Source: Candidatus Moranbacteria bacterium GW2011_GWC2_40_12 (lineage in GTDB: Bacteria > Patescibacteriota > Minisyncoccia > Moranbacterales > UBA11712). Taken from it: a DNA stretch of 64,000 nt. Each line of letters starts with the position of its first letter. The first letter of the stretch is position 1. Positions 45,484 through 56,200 of this stretch are shown in pieces. The translations under genes were made by a program, and so were the position numbers. The stretch covers positions 7,889-71,888 of the forward strand of contig LBYD01000002.1 of assembly GCA_000995965.1 (NCBI GenBank), written 5' to 3'. The notes under the pieces were generated by a model. That model was not told where the DNA came from. It searched no databases and saw only the letters and a program-made list of their open reading frames with translations.

Positions 45484-48030
45484 ATGGCGAATAATAAATT
45501 TGTAAAGCAATTCCCTGTGACACGATTGAGAGTCGGCATATTGCAGATCGGCCTGATTTTGGCCGCGTTGTATATTGTAGCCAATTTCAATTATCTTCTT
45601 TTTCACGTTTTGGCCGAATTTTTCGGCGCGGCCATCAGCCTGGCGATTTTTCTTCTGACCTGGAATGCCAGAAAATTCGTGAAAAACAACTACTATCTTT
45701 TTTTCGGGATGGCCTTTTTGGCATCGGGAATGATTAGCCTGATTCACGCTCTCACCTACCGGGGCATGGGTATCGTGGCAGGAACAGCGGCTGATTCCAA
45801 CATCGCCACCCAGCTTTGGCTGGCCAATCAGTATATTTTGGCAGTCACTTTCCTCATCGCCCCGTTTCTTCTGGAGAAAAAAATGCGGCCGCAAACCATT
45901 ATTTTGGGATATCTGGCCTTCTTCGCGCTTTTCTTGGTGATGATCTTTTACTGGAAGATTTTTCCTGTCGCTTACTTGGAAGGAACCGGACTCACCCCTT
46001 TCAAAAAAATCAGCGAATATGTTGTTGCGGCTGTGTATATTTTTTCGCTCTATTTTTTCTGGAGACAGAGAAATCGCTTGGAGAAACGCGTTTTGCAGCT
46101 GATATCTTTCACGCTCGCGCTCTTTTTTGTTTCCACAATCTTTTTCACGCTCTATGTCGGGGTGTATAGTTTTCCAAACGAACTTGGCCACCTTTTGCGG
46201 GTCTTGGCTTTTTATGTGAGTTATCTGGCTTTGGTTGAATTCGGACTCATGAGGCCTTATCATTCAATGTTCAAGGAATTGAATGAAAAGGGAAAGGTGC
46301 TGAAGAAAGCCAAAGAGGAATGGGAGCGGACTTTCGACAGCGTTCCGGACCTTATTGCGATACTTGATACCAAACACGGGATAAAAAGAGTGAACAAAGC
46401 GATGGCAGAACGCCTCGGCACAAACCCGGAAAAATGCATCGGCCTGAGCTGCTTCAGTTGCGTGCATAGTTGCGACAAGCCCATTGACGCTTGCCCTCAT
46501 ACTCTGACCATGAAAGACGGCAAAGAGCACGTCTCCGAAATAGAGGAAAACGGTCTGGGAGGAACTTTTCTCGTCAGCACTACTCCGCTTTTCGAGGATG
46601 GCGGCAAGCTTATCGGTTCCGTGCACGTCGCCCGCGATATCACGGAGCGCAAAAAGGCGGAAAAAAAGATGGAAGACCTTGCCAGGTTTCCGCTCGAGAA
46701 TCCCAATCCCGTGATAAGAGTTTCGTCCGAGGGAAAAATCCTCTTTAAGAACCCGGCCGCAGACGCCGTTCTGAAAAGATTCCGCGAGAGCGAAAAAGAT
46801 ATCCTTCCGGAAGAATGGAACAAGCATTTTGAGCCAGCTATCAGGGCAGGATTGAAAAAAAGTTTCGAGATAGACTTGGAAAAAAATAGTTTCTTTGTGC
46901 TAATTGCTCCGATCTCCGGCGCCGATTACGCCAATATTTATTTTACTGACATAACAAAACGAAAAGAGGCGGAGGTGGCTCTCGGCCACGAGAAAGAGAG
47001 GCTCGCACAAATCCTCGACAAAATGGAAGATGGAGTATATATCGTTGACCGAAATCATAATATATCATACATAAATCCGGCTCTCAAAAAACATTTCGGG
47101 AAAAATATCGAAAGGCGAAAATGTTTCGAATATCTGCACAACCGAAAATCGCCCTGCCCCTGGTGCATGAATGAAGAGGTTTTCTCCGGAAAATCCGTCC
47201 GGTGGGAATGCTATTTTGAAAATTTGAAAAAAACATTTGATATAATCGAAACGCCTATGACAACTCCGGAGGGTACGCTCATCAAGCTCCAGATCATGCG
47301 GGATATCACCGAAAGGAAAATGCTGGAAAAAAACAAAGATGACTTCATTTCACTTGCTTCCCATCAACTCCGAACACCTCTTTCCTCCATCAGCCTCTCA
47401 TCTGAATTGCTTCTTCGGGGCACTTCCGGAGATATTCAATCGGACCAGAGAGAATATCTTGAGGAAATTCACAAAGCGACCAAAAGGATGACAATCCTTG
47501 TGAATAATCTTCTGAATGTTTCCCGGATCGAAATGGGAACTTTTTCGGTGGAGTCTGAACCGCTCGATATTCTTTCTTCTGTTCAGGCGAAACTGAAAGA
47601 ATTTGAACCTATCATTTTGGAAAAGAAACTTTATTTCAAAAAAAATATCGGAGAAAACATTCCGCCTTTATCTTTCAACACAAACAGTTTTGAAATAGTT
47701 TTTGACAATCTGCTTTCCAATGCCATTCGGTATACTCCTACCGGCGGGAAAATTGCCCTTGCCATCGAGAATAAGAGAGATTCTGTCTTCATTGAAATTT
47801 CCGATACCGGCTGCGGAATTGCCGCCGGACTAAAAGATAAGATTTTTGAAAAAACTTATCGCGCCGAAAACGCGAGAGAAATGAGCTCTGAGGGAGCCGG
47901 GCTGGGACTTTATATGGTGAAATCAATCGCCGACCTCACCGGCTCCAAAGTTTGGTTTGATTCAAACGAAATGGGAGGAACGACTTTCTATTTTTCGATT
48001 CCGATTGGCCAAGAACTGCGCCAGGCATAA
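45484..48030 (+). CDS. sensor histidine kinase with N-terminal 7-8 TM sensor domain, PAS domains, HisKA and HATPase_c
   Basis: H-box LASHQLRTPLSSI; G-boxes DTGCGI and GAGLGLYMV. Confidence 0.85.
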   Translation: MANNKFVKQFPVTRLRVGILQIGLILAALYIVANFNYLLFHVLAEFFGAAISLAIFLLTWNARKFVKNNYYLFFGMAFLASGMISLIHALTYRGMGIVAGTAADSNIATQLWLANQYILAVTFLIAPFLLEKKMRPQTIILGYLAFFALFLVMIFYWKIFPVAYLEGTGLTPFKKISEYVVAAVYIFSLYFFWRQRNRLEKRVLQLISFTLALFFVSTIFFTLYVGVYSFPNELGHLLRVLAFYVSYLALVEFGLMRPYHSMFKELNEKGKVLKKAKEEWERTFDSVPDLIAILDTKHGIKRVNKAMAERLGTNPEKCIGLSCFSCVHSCDKPIDACPHTLTMKDGKEHVSEIEENGLGGTFLVSTTPLFEDGGKLIGSVHVARDITERKKAEKKMEDLARFPLENPNPVIRVSSEGKILFKNPAADAVLKRFRESEKDILPEEWNKHFEPAIRAGLKKSFEIDLEKNSFFVLIAPISGADYANIYFTDITKRKEAEVALGHEKERLAQILDKMEDGVYIVDRNHNISYINPALKKHFGKNIERRKCFEYLHNRKSPCPWCMNEEVFSGKSVRWECYFENLKKTFDIIETPMTTPEGTLIKLQIMRDITERKMLEKNKDDFISLASHQLRTPLSSISLSSELLLRGTSGDIQSDQREYLEEIHKATKRMTILVNNLLNVSRIEMGTFSVESEPLDILSSVQAKLKEFEPIILEKKLYFKKNIGENIPPLSFNTNSFEIVFDNLLSNAIRYTPTGGKIALAIENKRDSVFIEISDTGCGIAAGLKDKIFEKTYRAENAREMSSEGAGLGLYMVKSIADLTGSKVWFDSNEMGGTTFYFSIPIGQELRQA

Positions 48031-48031
48031 A

Positions 48032-48068
48032 AAAGCGCCCCGTTTTGCGAGGCGCTTTTGAATCGCAG
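48032..48068. terminator. bidirectional terminator between convergent HK and RR genes
   Basis: aaaaagcgcc-ccgttttgcgag-gcgcttttg hairpin. Confidence 0.5.
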
Positions 48069-48078
48069 AAGATATCGC

Positions 48079-48753
48079 CTAATTATCATTCATCCTGTAC
48101 CCAACGCCCCTGACAGTCTCGATTTTTTTCGCCTCTTTGTCGCCAATTTTTTTCCGCAAATTGGTTATATGGACATCAACCACATTGGCGAATGAATCGA
48201 AAGCAAAATCCCAGATATTCGAGAGTATTTGTTCCCGCGTGACAGTGACTCCCTTATTTCGCATAAGATATTCCAACAGGCTGAATTCTTTTAAGGTTAA
48301 TTTTACGTCTTTTCCTTTTTTGGAAACTTGTTTTCTGGTGGGATCAAGAATGATGTCCCCCGCTTGAAGAACGAGCGGAAGAGCAATCTTTGGGCGGCGC
48401 AGAATTGCCCGGATCCTGGCCAGAAGCACTTCAAATGAAAAGGGCTTGGAAAGATAGTCGTCCGCGCCCGCGTCAAGACCGTTGGCTATGTCTTTGGCGC
48501 TGTCGCGAGCCGTAAGCATCAGAATCGGAACGCTGATTTTTTGGGCTCTTGCTTCCCGGCAGATTTCGTCTCCGTTTTTTTTGGGAAGCATCCAGTCAAG
48601 AATGAAGAGATCATAATCTTTGTGGTTCATAGAAATTCTTCGAAAACCGGCTTCGCCGTCCAGAACATAATCAACGGCGAAACCCTCTGCCTCAAGGCCT
48701 TTTTTTATGAGTTTCGCCAAATTTTCCTGGTCTTCAACGACAAGTATCCGCAT
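48079..48753 (-). CDS. OmpR-family response regulator (REC + winged helix)
   Basis: MRILVVEDQ, DLFILDWMLP, LTAR...D and C-terminal winged-helix DNA-binding pattern. Confidence 0.9.
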   Translation of the reverse strand: MRILVVEDQENLAKLIKKGLEAEGFAVDYVLDGEAGFRRISMNHKDYDLFILDWMLPKKNGDEICREARAQKISVPILMLTARDSAKDIANGLDAGADDYLSKPFSFEVLLARIRAILRRPKIALPLVLQAGDIILDPTRKQVSKKGKDVKLTLKEFSLLEYLMRNKGVTVTREQILSNIWDFAFDSFANVVDVHITNLRKKIGDKEAKKIETVRGVGYRMNDN

Positions 48754-49019
48754 AACTGTATATTATAGCGGTCTTTTCAGACTGGCAAGCCCATCCTATC
48801 CGGAAAAAAATATCTCTTAATGAAGGCTTAATCTTGATATTGTAGAATTCCGGGCAGACAAAGCCAACCCGGCGGATTGGAATTAGCGATATATTTTTGA
48901 ACTAGCTCGCCAATCAGATTGAAAACATGATTATTGGTCCAGCCAATTTTTTATTTAATAACGCGGAGTGAGCGAAGGATGGAAAGAAAATATCATCCGT
49001 CGATCCTCCGCAGAAACCT

Positions 49020-50519
49020 ATGAAAAAAACACATTTTTTGACATTTGTTGCGATTCTTGCCTTTATATTTGCGGCGGAAACAGGCAATAATTCCGGATGG
49101 ACGGCGACCGTGAACGCCCAAGGGCTTGTTTTTACCTCAATAAAAATGGATCCTTCCTGGACAGCCATCGCAGACGGGCAAAGCATGCAATTCAGCGCGA
49201 CGGCACTCGACCAGTCAGGCAATCCGATGGTCACTCAGCCGACTTTCTTTTGGTCAGTCGATAATCCGACCCAGGGCGCAGTCAATCAAAACGGATTGTT
49301 TACTCCGCTGTCAAACGGCCAGATGACGATTTACGCCAAAGCAGACAATAAAATGGGAACAGCGCATATCACAGTAACTCCGGCAACGGAACCCACAATC
49401 AAATCAGTTGAGGTATCTCCTCTCAATGCCAATATTGGCCTCGGCGGCACTTTGCAGTTCACAGCCACTGCTTTTGATCAGAACTGGACGGCCTTAGACA
49501 CGCAGCCGCTTTTCTCCTGGTCTTTGAACAATTCGGCCATAGGCTCAATTGACCCTGCGAGCGGCTTGTTCACTGCGCTGGCCCCGGGAATGGTCATGCT
49601 AACAGCCTCTTCAATCAAAGGAGCCGCAACTTGGATGGGAACCGCAAACGTCACCATTCAGAACGCTCCGCCAGTATTGGCAAAAATAAATGTAGCTCCC
49701 CCCAATCCATTGATAAGCTCAGGAACAACGCGACAATTTTCAACTGAAACCCTTGACCAATACGGAAATCCGATAAACGTTTTTGTGACTTGGTCCTCTG
49801 ATAATCAGTCCGTGGGAACCGTTGACCCGATAAGCGGTTTACTCACGGGGATTGCGCCGGGAACGGCAAACGTCACGGCCGCGAGCGGATCAATTTCGGG
49901 AAGCGCGCCTTTCACGGTCCAGAATGCTCCGCCGGTTGTGACGACTCTGAATGTTTCACCCTCCAATCCAAGCATCAGTGTCGGTTCGGCACAGCAGTTT
50001 TCAGCAATTTCTTTGGACCAATACGGAGACCCGATTACTGCAAATATCAGCTGGACGCAAGGCAATAAGGCAGTCGGAAAAATAGACCAGAACGGACTCT
50101 TTTTTGGTGAGAATCCCGGCACAACGACTATCACAGCTTCGAGCGGAACAGTATCGGCAAAAATAGAAATAAGCGTGAGCCCTCTTGTCATGCCTCTGGC
50201 AGGAACGAATGACAGCGGCGACCTTTCTCTTCAGGAACTCGGGATAGTGAGCGTCGCGAAAGACAAAATCACGATTCTTGCCAAAACCTCGACGGATTCG
50301 GATGCGAACTTCCTTTTAGGCACGAATAAAAACAATGTCCGCAAGAATAAGAAAAAAATCGCCCGTGGAACCGATGGCGCGACCGGCAGTGAACATACTT
50401 TCGTTTTTTCCGGCCTGCGAAAAAACAAGAATCATTATTGGAAGCTTGTCTTCGAAAAACCGGATGGGTCGCAGAAAATGGAAACAGCCATTTTCCGGAC
50501 AAAAACGCTTAAGAAATAG
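49020..50519 (+). CDS. secreted protein with ~5 tandem bacterial Ig-like (Big_2) domains
   Basis: Repeated A(T/I)ALDQ.GNP....P.F.WS.DN...G.....GLFT....G...I.A units. Confidence 0.7.
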   Translation: MKKTHFLTFVAILAFIFAAETGNNSGWTATVNAQGLVFTSIKMDPSWTAIADGQSMQFSATALDQSGNPMVTQPTFFWSVDNPTQGAVNQNGLFTPLSNGQMTIYAKADNKMGTAHITVTPATEPTIKSVEVSPLNANIGLGGTLQFTATAFDQNWTALDTQPLFSWSLNNSAIGSIDPASGLFTALAPGMVMLTASSIKGAATWMGTANVTIQNAPPVLAKINVAPPNPLISSGTTRQFSTETLDQYGNPINVFVTWSSDNQSVGTVDPISGLLTGIAPGTANVTAASGSISGSAPFTVQNAPPVVTTLNVSPSNPSISVGSAQQFSAISLDQYGDPITANISWTQGNKAVGKIDQNGLFFGENPGTTTITASSGTVSAKIEISVSPLVMPLAGTNDSGDLSLQELGIVSVAKDKITILAKTSTDSDANFLLGTNKNNVRKNKKKIARGTDGATGSEHTFVFSGLRKNKNHYWKLVFEKPDGSQKMETAIFRTKTLKK

Positions 50520-50700
50520 GGAGAAAGATAAAAAAATTGAATATTCCGGACAGCAGCCCCGCAAATAACGGGGTTGCTTTTTTGATTTCTGGACAGCGAT
50601 TATCAGTTTTGTTGATTAACGAAATTTCTTGCCTTTCTTAATCAAATCTTAATCTGCTTTTTATATACTAAAGCCAAGATTAATCTTTAAGTTCAAAAAA

Positions 50701-51339
50701 ATGAAAACGAAAATGACAAACAAGGAGGATAGAATTTGCCCCTGCGACCTCGCGGAATTCTGCGAAAAAAGAACTGACGAAGAAATCATCGAATATGCAA
50801 AGGAAAACAAAGATTGCTATGCCTCTCTTGTCAAGCGCTACGAAGAAAAGCTGGCACGATACGTGAAGCGTATCAGCGGCCTCACCAAAGAATCTGTCGA
50901 AGATATTTTACAATCAGTTTTTTTGAAGACATATGTCAATATCAACTCTTTTGACGACAGAAACAAATTTTCCACCTGGATTTACCGGATCACGCACAAT
51001 GAGACCGTGAATTATTGGAGAAAAAATATAAAATCCGGAGTGCCTGTATCCCTCGACGAAAATGAATTTTTGAAAAACACTATCGCGGACTCAAAAAATG
51101 TCGAGTGGGAGGTATCCAAAAAATTGGACGGCCTCAAGGTCGCCGAAGCCCTGGGAAGATTGCAGAAAAATCAGCGCGAAGCCATCGATTTGAGATATAA
51201 TGGGCAATTCAGTTATCAGGAAATCGCCTTGCGGCTCGCAAAGCCAATAGGCACCGTCGGGACGCTCATTAATCGCGGAAAAAAGATACTCCGTGAGGAG
51301 CTTCAGAAAATCAACCTATCACCGGGAATGACGAACTGA
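50701..51339 (+). CDS. ECF-subfamily RNA polymerase sigma factor
   Basis: Region 2 FSTWIYRITHNETVNYWRK and region 4 SYQEIALRLAKPIGTVGTLINRGKKIL. Confidence 0.8.
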   Translation: MKTKMTNKEDRICPCDLAEFCEKRTDEEIIEYAKENKDCYASLVKRYEEKLARYVKRISGLTKESVEDILQSVFLKTYVNINSFDDRNKFSTWIYRITHNETVNYWRKNIKSGVPVSLDENEFLKNTIADSKNVEWEVSKKLDGLKVAEALGRLQKNQREAIDLRYNGQFSYQEIALRLAKPIGTVGTLINRGKKILREELQKINLSPGMTN

Positions 51340-51384
51340 AAATATAAAATAGCGGAACTATAAAATGAAAGGAGGTGAAAAAAA

Positions 51385-51759
51385 ATGAACGGACAGCAAA
51401 ATAAAAAAACAGCCAACTGGCTTATTGTCATCGCCGGAATGTGGCTGATTATAGCGCCTTTCGTTCTGGGCTTCAGCGGGACGTTTTTGAGCCTGAATGA
51501 CGTCGTCATGGGAATCATCATCGCTTTTGTATCCCTGATCGCTATCGGGGTATCCGAAGAAGGAAAATGGCTGAATTGGATCAACGTCCTTTTGGGTGCC
51601 TGGATATTTATAACTCCTTTTTTCCTGATGTCGGTTGGAAACGCGGGAATGTGGAACAATCTGATAATCGGAATAATCACTGTTGCTTTGGGAGCTTGGG
51701 GAGCAGTCACAATGCCTTCCTCTTCTTCCTCTTCACCGCAGTATCCGAAAGCTGTTTAG
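51385..51759 (+). CDS. SPW-repeat membrane protein (candidate anti-sigma / membrane partner of the ECF sigma)
   Basis: Two WLIxIAGxWLIIAPFVLGF-type SPW repeats. Confidence 0.65.
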   Translation: MNGQQNKKTANWLIVIAGMWLIIAPFVLGFSGTFLSLNDVVMGIIIAFVSLIAIGVSEEGKWLNWINVLLGAWIFITPFFLMSVGNAGMWNNLIIGIITVALGAWGAVTMPSSSSSSPQYPKAV

Positions 51760-51910
51760 TCCTTTTTATAGGGGGACAGCAAAAAGCCTTCGACACAAGG
51801 CTTTTTGTTTTTGCGGCGAAAATATAAATTTCTGAAGATGATTATTATAAAAAAGGGCCGCCCGCGCTTGGCACGGAACGACCCTTGCAAATATCTCCGG
51901 TTTTAGGGCA

Positions 51911-53026
51911 TTAACAGTATTGCCCTCTGAAATCCACTTGTTCTTCCAGTTCACCCAATTTCTTTTCTCTTTGCCGAACCTCCCCAATCTTGAAAGCAGG
52001 ATAATACGGTTCGGGTCCAATTGGATCGACCACGGAAACAACCATGACCCCCTGATTGAAAACGCGGTCCATTTCGGCCTCCTCGATATTTCCCATCTGC
52101 TGAGTGTAGTGAAAAATTGGAGGCCGCTTGATCTTATACTTCCAGATCGTCACTTTGAGATCATTTGGCAGAATGCGCGGAATATTCTCCACCATTCCGC
52201 CCCCCGTTATGTGGGCGTGGCCCGCAAATCGGACTCCTCTCTTCCGAGCCTCTTCCATTTCCGGAATCCAGATAGGGGTGGGTACCAGAAGCGCTTCGGC
52301 CAGGGAGTTGCCGCCAAGTTCGCTAAGCGGTTTCATCAGGTTGTTGATGACTCTTGCCTTGCTGCCATGGAGATTAAAAACTTTCCGGATCATCCCGAGA
52401 AAACCATCTTCTTGGATGCGGAGCCGGTGCACTTTTCGAAGAAGCGAGAAGCCGTTTGAGCCGGGACCGTGTGAAGGCCAGCCGTAAACATGCATTCCCT
52501 CTTCCATGGGAACGTATTCCAGTTCGGGATCCGGAAATCCGATGACGGATACATCCAGATCAAACATCCATGGATACCGAAACACGTCCGGAAGCTCGGC
52601 AGTCTCACCCCCGATGGGTATGCAACCCGAAGTCAGACAGGCCTCGATGATACTCTCGATGATTTGAATATGCTTTTCCGGGTCAAGCTGTCCAACTCGA
52701 AGCGTGTCCAGGAGGAAGGCAGGACGCGCTCCGGACACATACATGTCCACGGCGCTCATGGCCACGCCATTATGGCCGATACCGGTCAGCATATTTGCCA
52801 GTGCCGCTAGAATCGCCACTGTTCCAACCCCGTCAACGGATCCGCTAACTTTTCGCGCTCCGGGCGGGATGGGCATACCACCGGCAAATCCTCCGATCTG
52901 ATCTGCTGCCTCTGGCCAGTTTGCCCGAACCAGAGTCTTGATCATTTGAGCAAACTGGTTGCCCTTGTCAATGTTTACTCCTGCGCTTGCATAAGTTGCT
53001 CCAGACTGATTGGACATACCTATCAC
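51911..53026 (-). CDS. purM: phosphoribosylformylglycinamidine cyclo-ligase (AIR synthetase)
   Basis: YASAGVNIDKGN N-terminal motif and PurM-like organisation. Confidence 0.9.
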   Translation of the reverse strand: MIGMSNQSGATYASAGVNIDKGNQFAQMIKTLVRANWPEAADQIGGFAGGMPIPPGARKVSGSVDGVGTVAILAALANMLTGIGHNGVAMSAVDMYVSGARPAFLLDTLRVGQLDPEKHIQIIESIIEACLTSGCIPIGGETAELPDVFRYPWMFDLDVSVIGFPDPELEYVPMEEGMHVYGWPSHGPGSNGFSLLRKVHRLRIQEDGFLGMIRKVFNLHGSKARVINNLMKPLSELGGNSLAEALLVPTPIWIPEMEEARKRGVRFAGHAHITGGGMVENIPRILPNDLKVTIWKYKIKRPPIFHYTQQMGNIEEAEMDRVFNQGVMVVSVVDPIGPEPYYPAFKIGEVRQREKKLGELEEQVDFRGQYC

Positions 53027-53110
53027 CTCGCAAATTTTTTTTGAAATTTTAAAGAGAATCCCTCCATGGGATCTCCGCGATTCCCTACTTTCAGGCTACT
53101 GGATATCCAA

Positions 53111-53150
53111 TTTTTAGGCAAGAAAAATCCCCGCCGAAGCTTCCTGCCCG
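53111..53150 (-). terminator. rho-independent terminator after purL
   Basis: On the minus strand: ccccgccgggcaggaagcttcggcgggg followed by ATTTTT. Confidence 0.55.
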
Positions 53151-53162
53151 GCGGGGATAAAT

Positions 53163-53226
53163 TGTTTCACAAACTCGCGTGTTTCACGCCTCCTTGCTTT
53201 GTTTCACGCGGTTTTTGTTGTTTCAT
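53163..53226. repeat. Four direct repeats of TGTTTCAC(A) spaced 17-20 nt (minus-strand GTGAAACA) between purL and purM
   Basis: Occurrences at 53163, 53180, 53200 and 53219. Confidence 0.45.
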
Positions 53227-56200
53227 GCAGCCATAACTTTTTGGGTTTTTGCCCTGACGCATGCGTCATAGAGATTTTGCAACGGCTTCATCCAAGGCGA
53301 TGCCTCTAGTTTCTTGAACTCTTCCGGCAACCAGGGCCATTGCCGCAACAGAAACGCCCGGTCAAACAGGTGCGGCATCATGACGTTGTGCCGGCCAGTC
53401 ACGTCGCAGAAGCCGATCCAGCCATCCAATGATCCATTCGGATTAAAAGGATATTTCATAGTCGGTTTCCCGTTGTTGTCGACAAAAACCAGCGTAATGA
53501 GGTTGTTATCGCGGATATACTTCTCCGTGGCCTCGTCAGCCAACCAGACTTGTCCTTCTTTATGGGAAACCCAGGCCCCCAGCCGAGAACCCTCCATATC
53601 ACGGAACAAAACCGAGGGGCTTTTTTGAATCTCAAGAGTCGAAAACCTCGACTCAAACTCGCGAGATTCGTTTCGCACAAAAATGAGCGGCGGAAATCCT
53701 TTGACTTGAGGGAGGCCAAGAACTTCCATCCAGGCCCCGCTTTGAGCTCCGTTGCAGGTTCCGACAAAGAAAGTATCGTCACGAGCAAAGAAATCCTCCG
53801 CTTGCCTGCTCATTCCAGAGTTCCATTTGAACATCATGGCAACCCCTTTTCCTGCTCCAAACACGTCTTCGTTGGCAAATCCGGGAGCGGGCGCAAGCAC
53901 TTGGAAGAAGTCCAGGCTTGTTTTGCCGGAACGGAGATCGTTCACGTGGACGTCATAGACCGCAAATCCAGCTGCCCGAAATCCAGCGGCAAGTTCACGG
54001 TCGCCCGTCGAAACTTTTGCCCGAAGGATCGCCACTCTGGGTTTATCTTCCAAGTTGCGCAAGGCCGTTGGCGAAGCTACCGGGTCAAAAGTCAATTTGT
54101 AGGGCGGAGCGCTTTGCCGGCGCAGATTCCTTCTCTCCGCCCGAGCGCATTTGGGATTTATGCGGTGTTTTTCAATTTGGTAGCTGGTTTCGCGCCACTG
54201 GTAACGCAAGTCGACCACCGATTCGTTGAAAATTTCACCGCGGTCGTCATAGCGGATAATGAAACGTTTTTCGACAGTGGTATTGCCGATGACGACATAA
54301 GGAACGCCAAAGTGATTGAGGATAGCCATTATCAGGGCTTCGTTTTCGGGGAGGTATTCAATAACTTTTCTTGCCTCCTGGGAAAACAAATCGGCCCAGA
54401 CGTCGTGATGATCCAGATCAATCTCGGCGCCGCAGTCACCGGCCATGAGCATTTCGAGCAGGTTCACGAAAAGTCCGCCGTCGCCGACGCAGTCGTGGCT
54501 GGCTTCGATCAGCCCTTCGGAAATCATCATCTGCTCGGCCAAAACGGCACCTTTCAGTTTTCGCCAGTCGACATCGGGGCATTCGTCACCAAGTTGGCCC
54601 AGAGTCTGGAGAAATGCCGAACCGCCTAGGCGGCGGAGGCCATTTGCTACATCGATCAGCATAAGACGGCTTTCCCCGGGACGCTTGATATCGGGCGTCA
54701 CGAATTTCGTCTTATCCGGAACAACAACATTGCCGGTCAAGACGAGAGTTTCCGGCGATTTGATGAGTTGCTTCATCAGCCAAACGTAGAGCGACGAGGA
54801 GTCTTTCCCGCCGTAGCCGGCGATTTTGAGCGCGATCAATATGTCTTTGAGCGCCTCCATGGCAAAATACATCTTTGCCACACCGCCGGGAATTCCCTTG
54901 GCCGGCCACATCCAGTTTATGCACATCTTGATGTCTTCGAAGTCGGAGAACAGCACGCCGGAAAAGTTCAGCAGCATTTCCGCGACTGTCATTCTGGCGC
55001 CAGCCCGGGGATCAAGCATCATCATATTGGGACATTCGCCAACGGCGCTCGCCGTTCCAAAGCTGTCTCCATAGTCCATGGCTGAAATGGCAGCATCAGA
55101 AACAGGCAAATGCAGCTTGCCACAGGTTTGGTCAAGAATGCGCAGTCCCGTGACGCTCCGGTCGGCCCGATGGATATGGAATTCCTTGGAACAGACCGAG
55201 ATAAGCCGGAGAACGTTTTTGGCCGCTTCTTTGAGAGAAAGCCCGGATGGAATCCTCACTGGGTTGCCAAGATAAGCGGGTTTTCTGTCACGAATTGTTT
55301 CTTGGGGAACGGCATCCCGGAGAGCCTTGATGGGAAGATCGATCGGATTACGGCCGGTCTTTTCATCCGTGAAAACGATCCGTCCGCTGTCGGTCACTTC
55401 GCCGACAACTTCAAGCGGACAACCTTCCCTCGCGGCGATCTTGAGACAAAGCGGCAGATGATCAGGATGGATAAGCATGCCGTATCTTTCCTGGTATTCG
55501 CACACCAGGATCTCAAGCACGGTCATGGTCTTGTCGCCCACCTGTACCTGCCGGATTTTCACGATACCGCCGGCCTTTTCCACTAATTCCGTGAAGAGAT
55601 TGAGAATACTGGCCGCGCCCTGGTCATGAATGGATATGAGCGGATTGCCGAGCCCCTTTTCGACGCAGGTCCGAATGAACCGCCAGGTCAAATGACCCAT
55701 TCCGGCACAACCTCTTTGAACGGCATAAAACAGATCTTTATCCTTGTCATCAATTCCGCTTGAAGATCCGGAGCCGCCCCCGAAACCGATCTTGTGGGCT
55801 TTGCCGCCGATAGCAATGAGAAGCAGGCCTTTTTTCGCCCGACCCTTTTTCACATGCTCATCGCGGACCGTTCCAACGGTTTCCGCCAGCATGATTGGCT
55901 TGTAGTAGGAGTAGAATTCTCCGTTTGGCATCATCATACCGAAAGCACGGGTAATCCCCTGATACACCGGAACTCCGTATTTGTTTCCGTAGTCCCAAGT
56001 CCCGCCCGGCGCTTCGATCATAATCTTGAAAGGCGAAGCCATGTTTTTTGCCCGGAACCGCGGAGCCATTTTTTCCCACGGCATTACGTAACCAGGAATC
56101 CAAAGGTTTCCGGTGCAGAAACCGGCGATAGCATAGAGATGGTTTCCGCCCCGACCTTTCGCCAGGTCGTCGCGGTAGTCTCCGCCAATCCCGGTTTCAG

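Noticed and set aside
53163-53226. PurR/PurBox operator identity for the TGTTTCAC repeats
   Set aside because: The repeats do not match the E. coli PurR (ACGCAAACGTTTGCGT) or B. subtilis PurBox patterns. They lie downstream of purL rather than at a promoter. The same 8-mer recurs before an unrelated gene.
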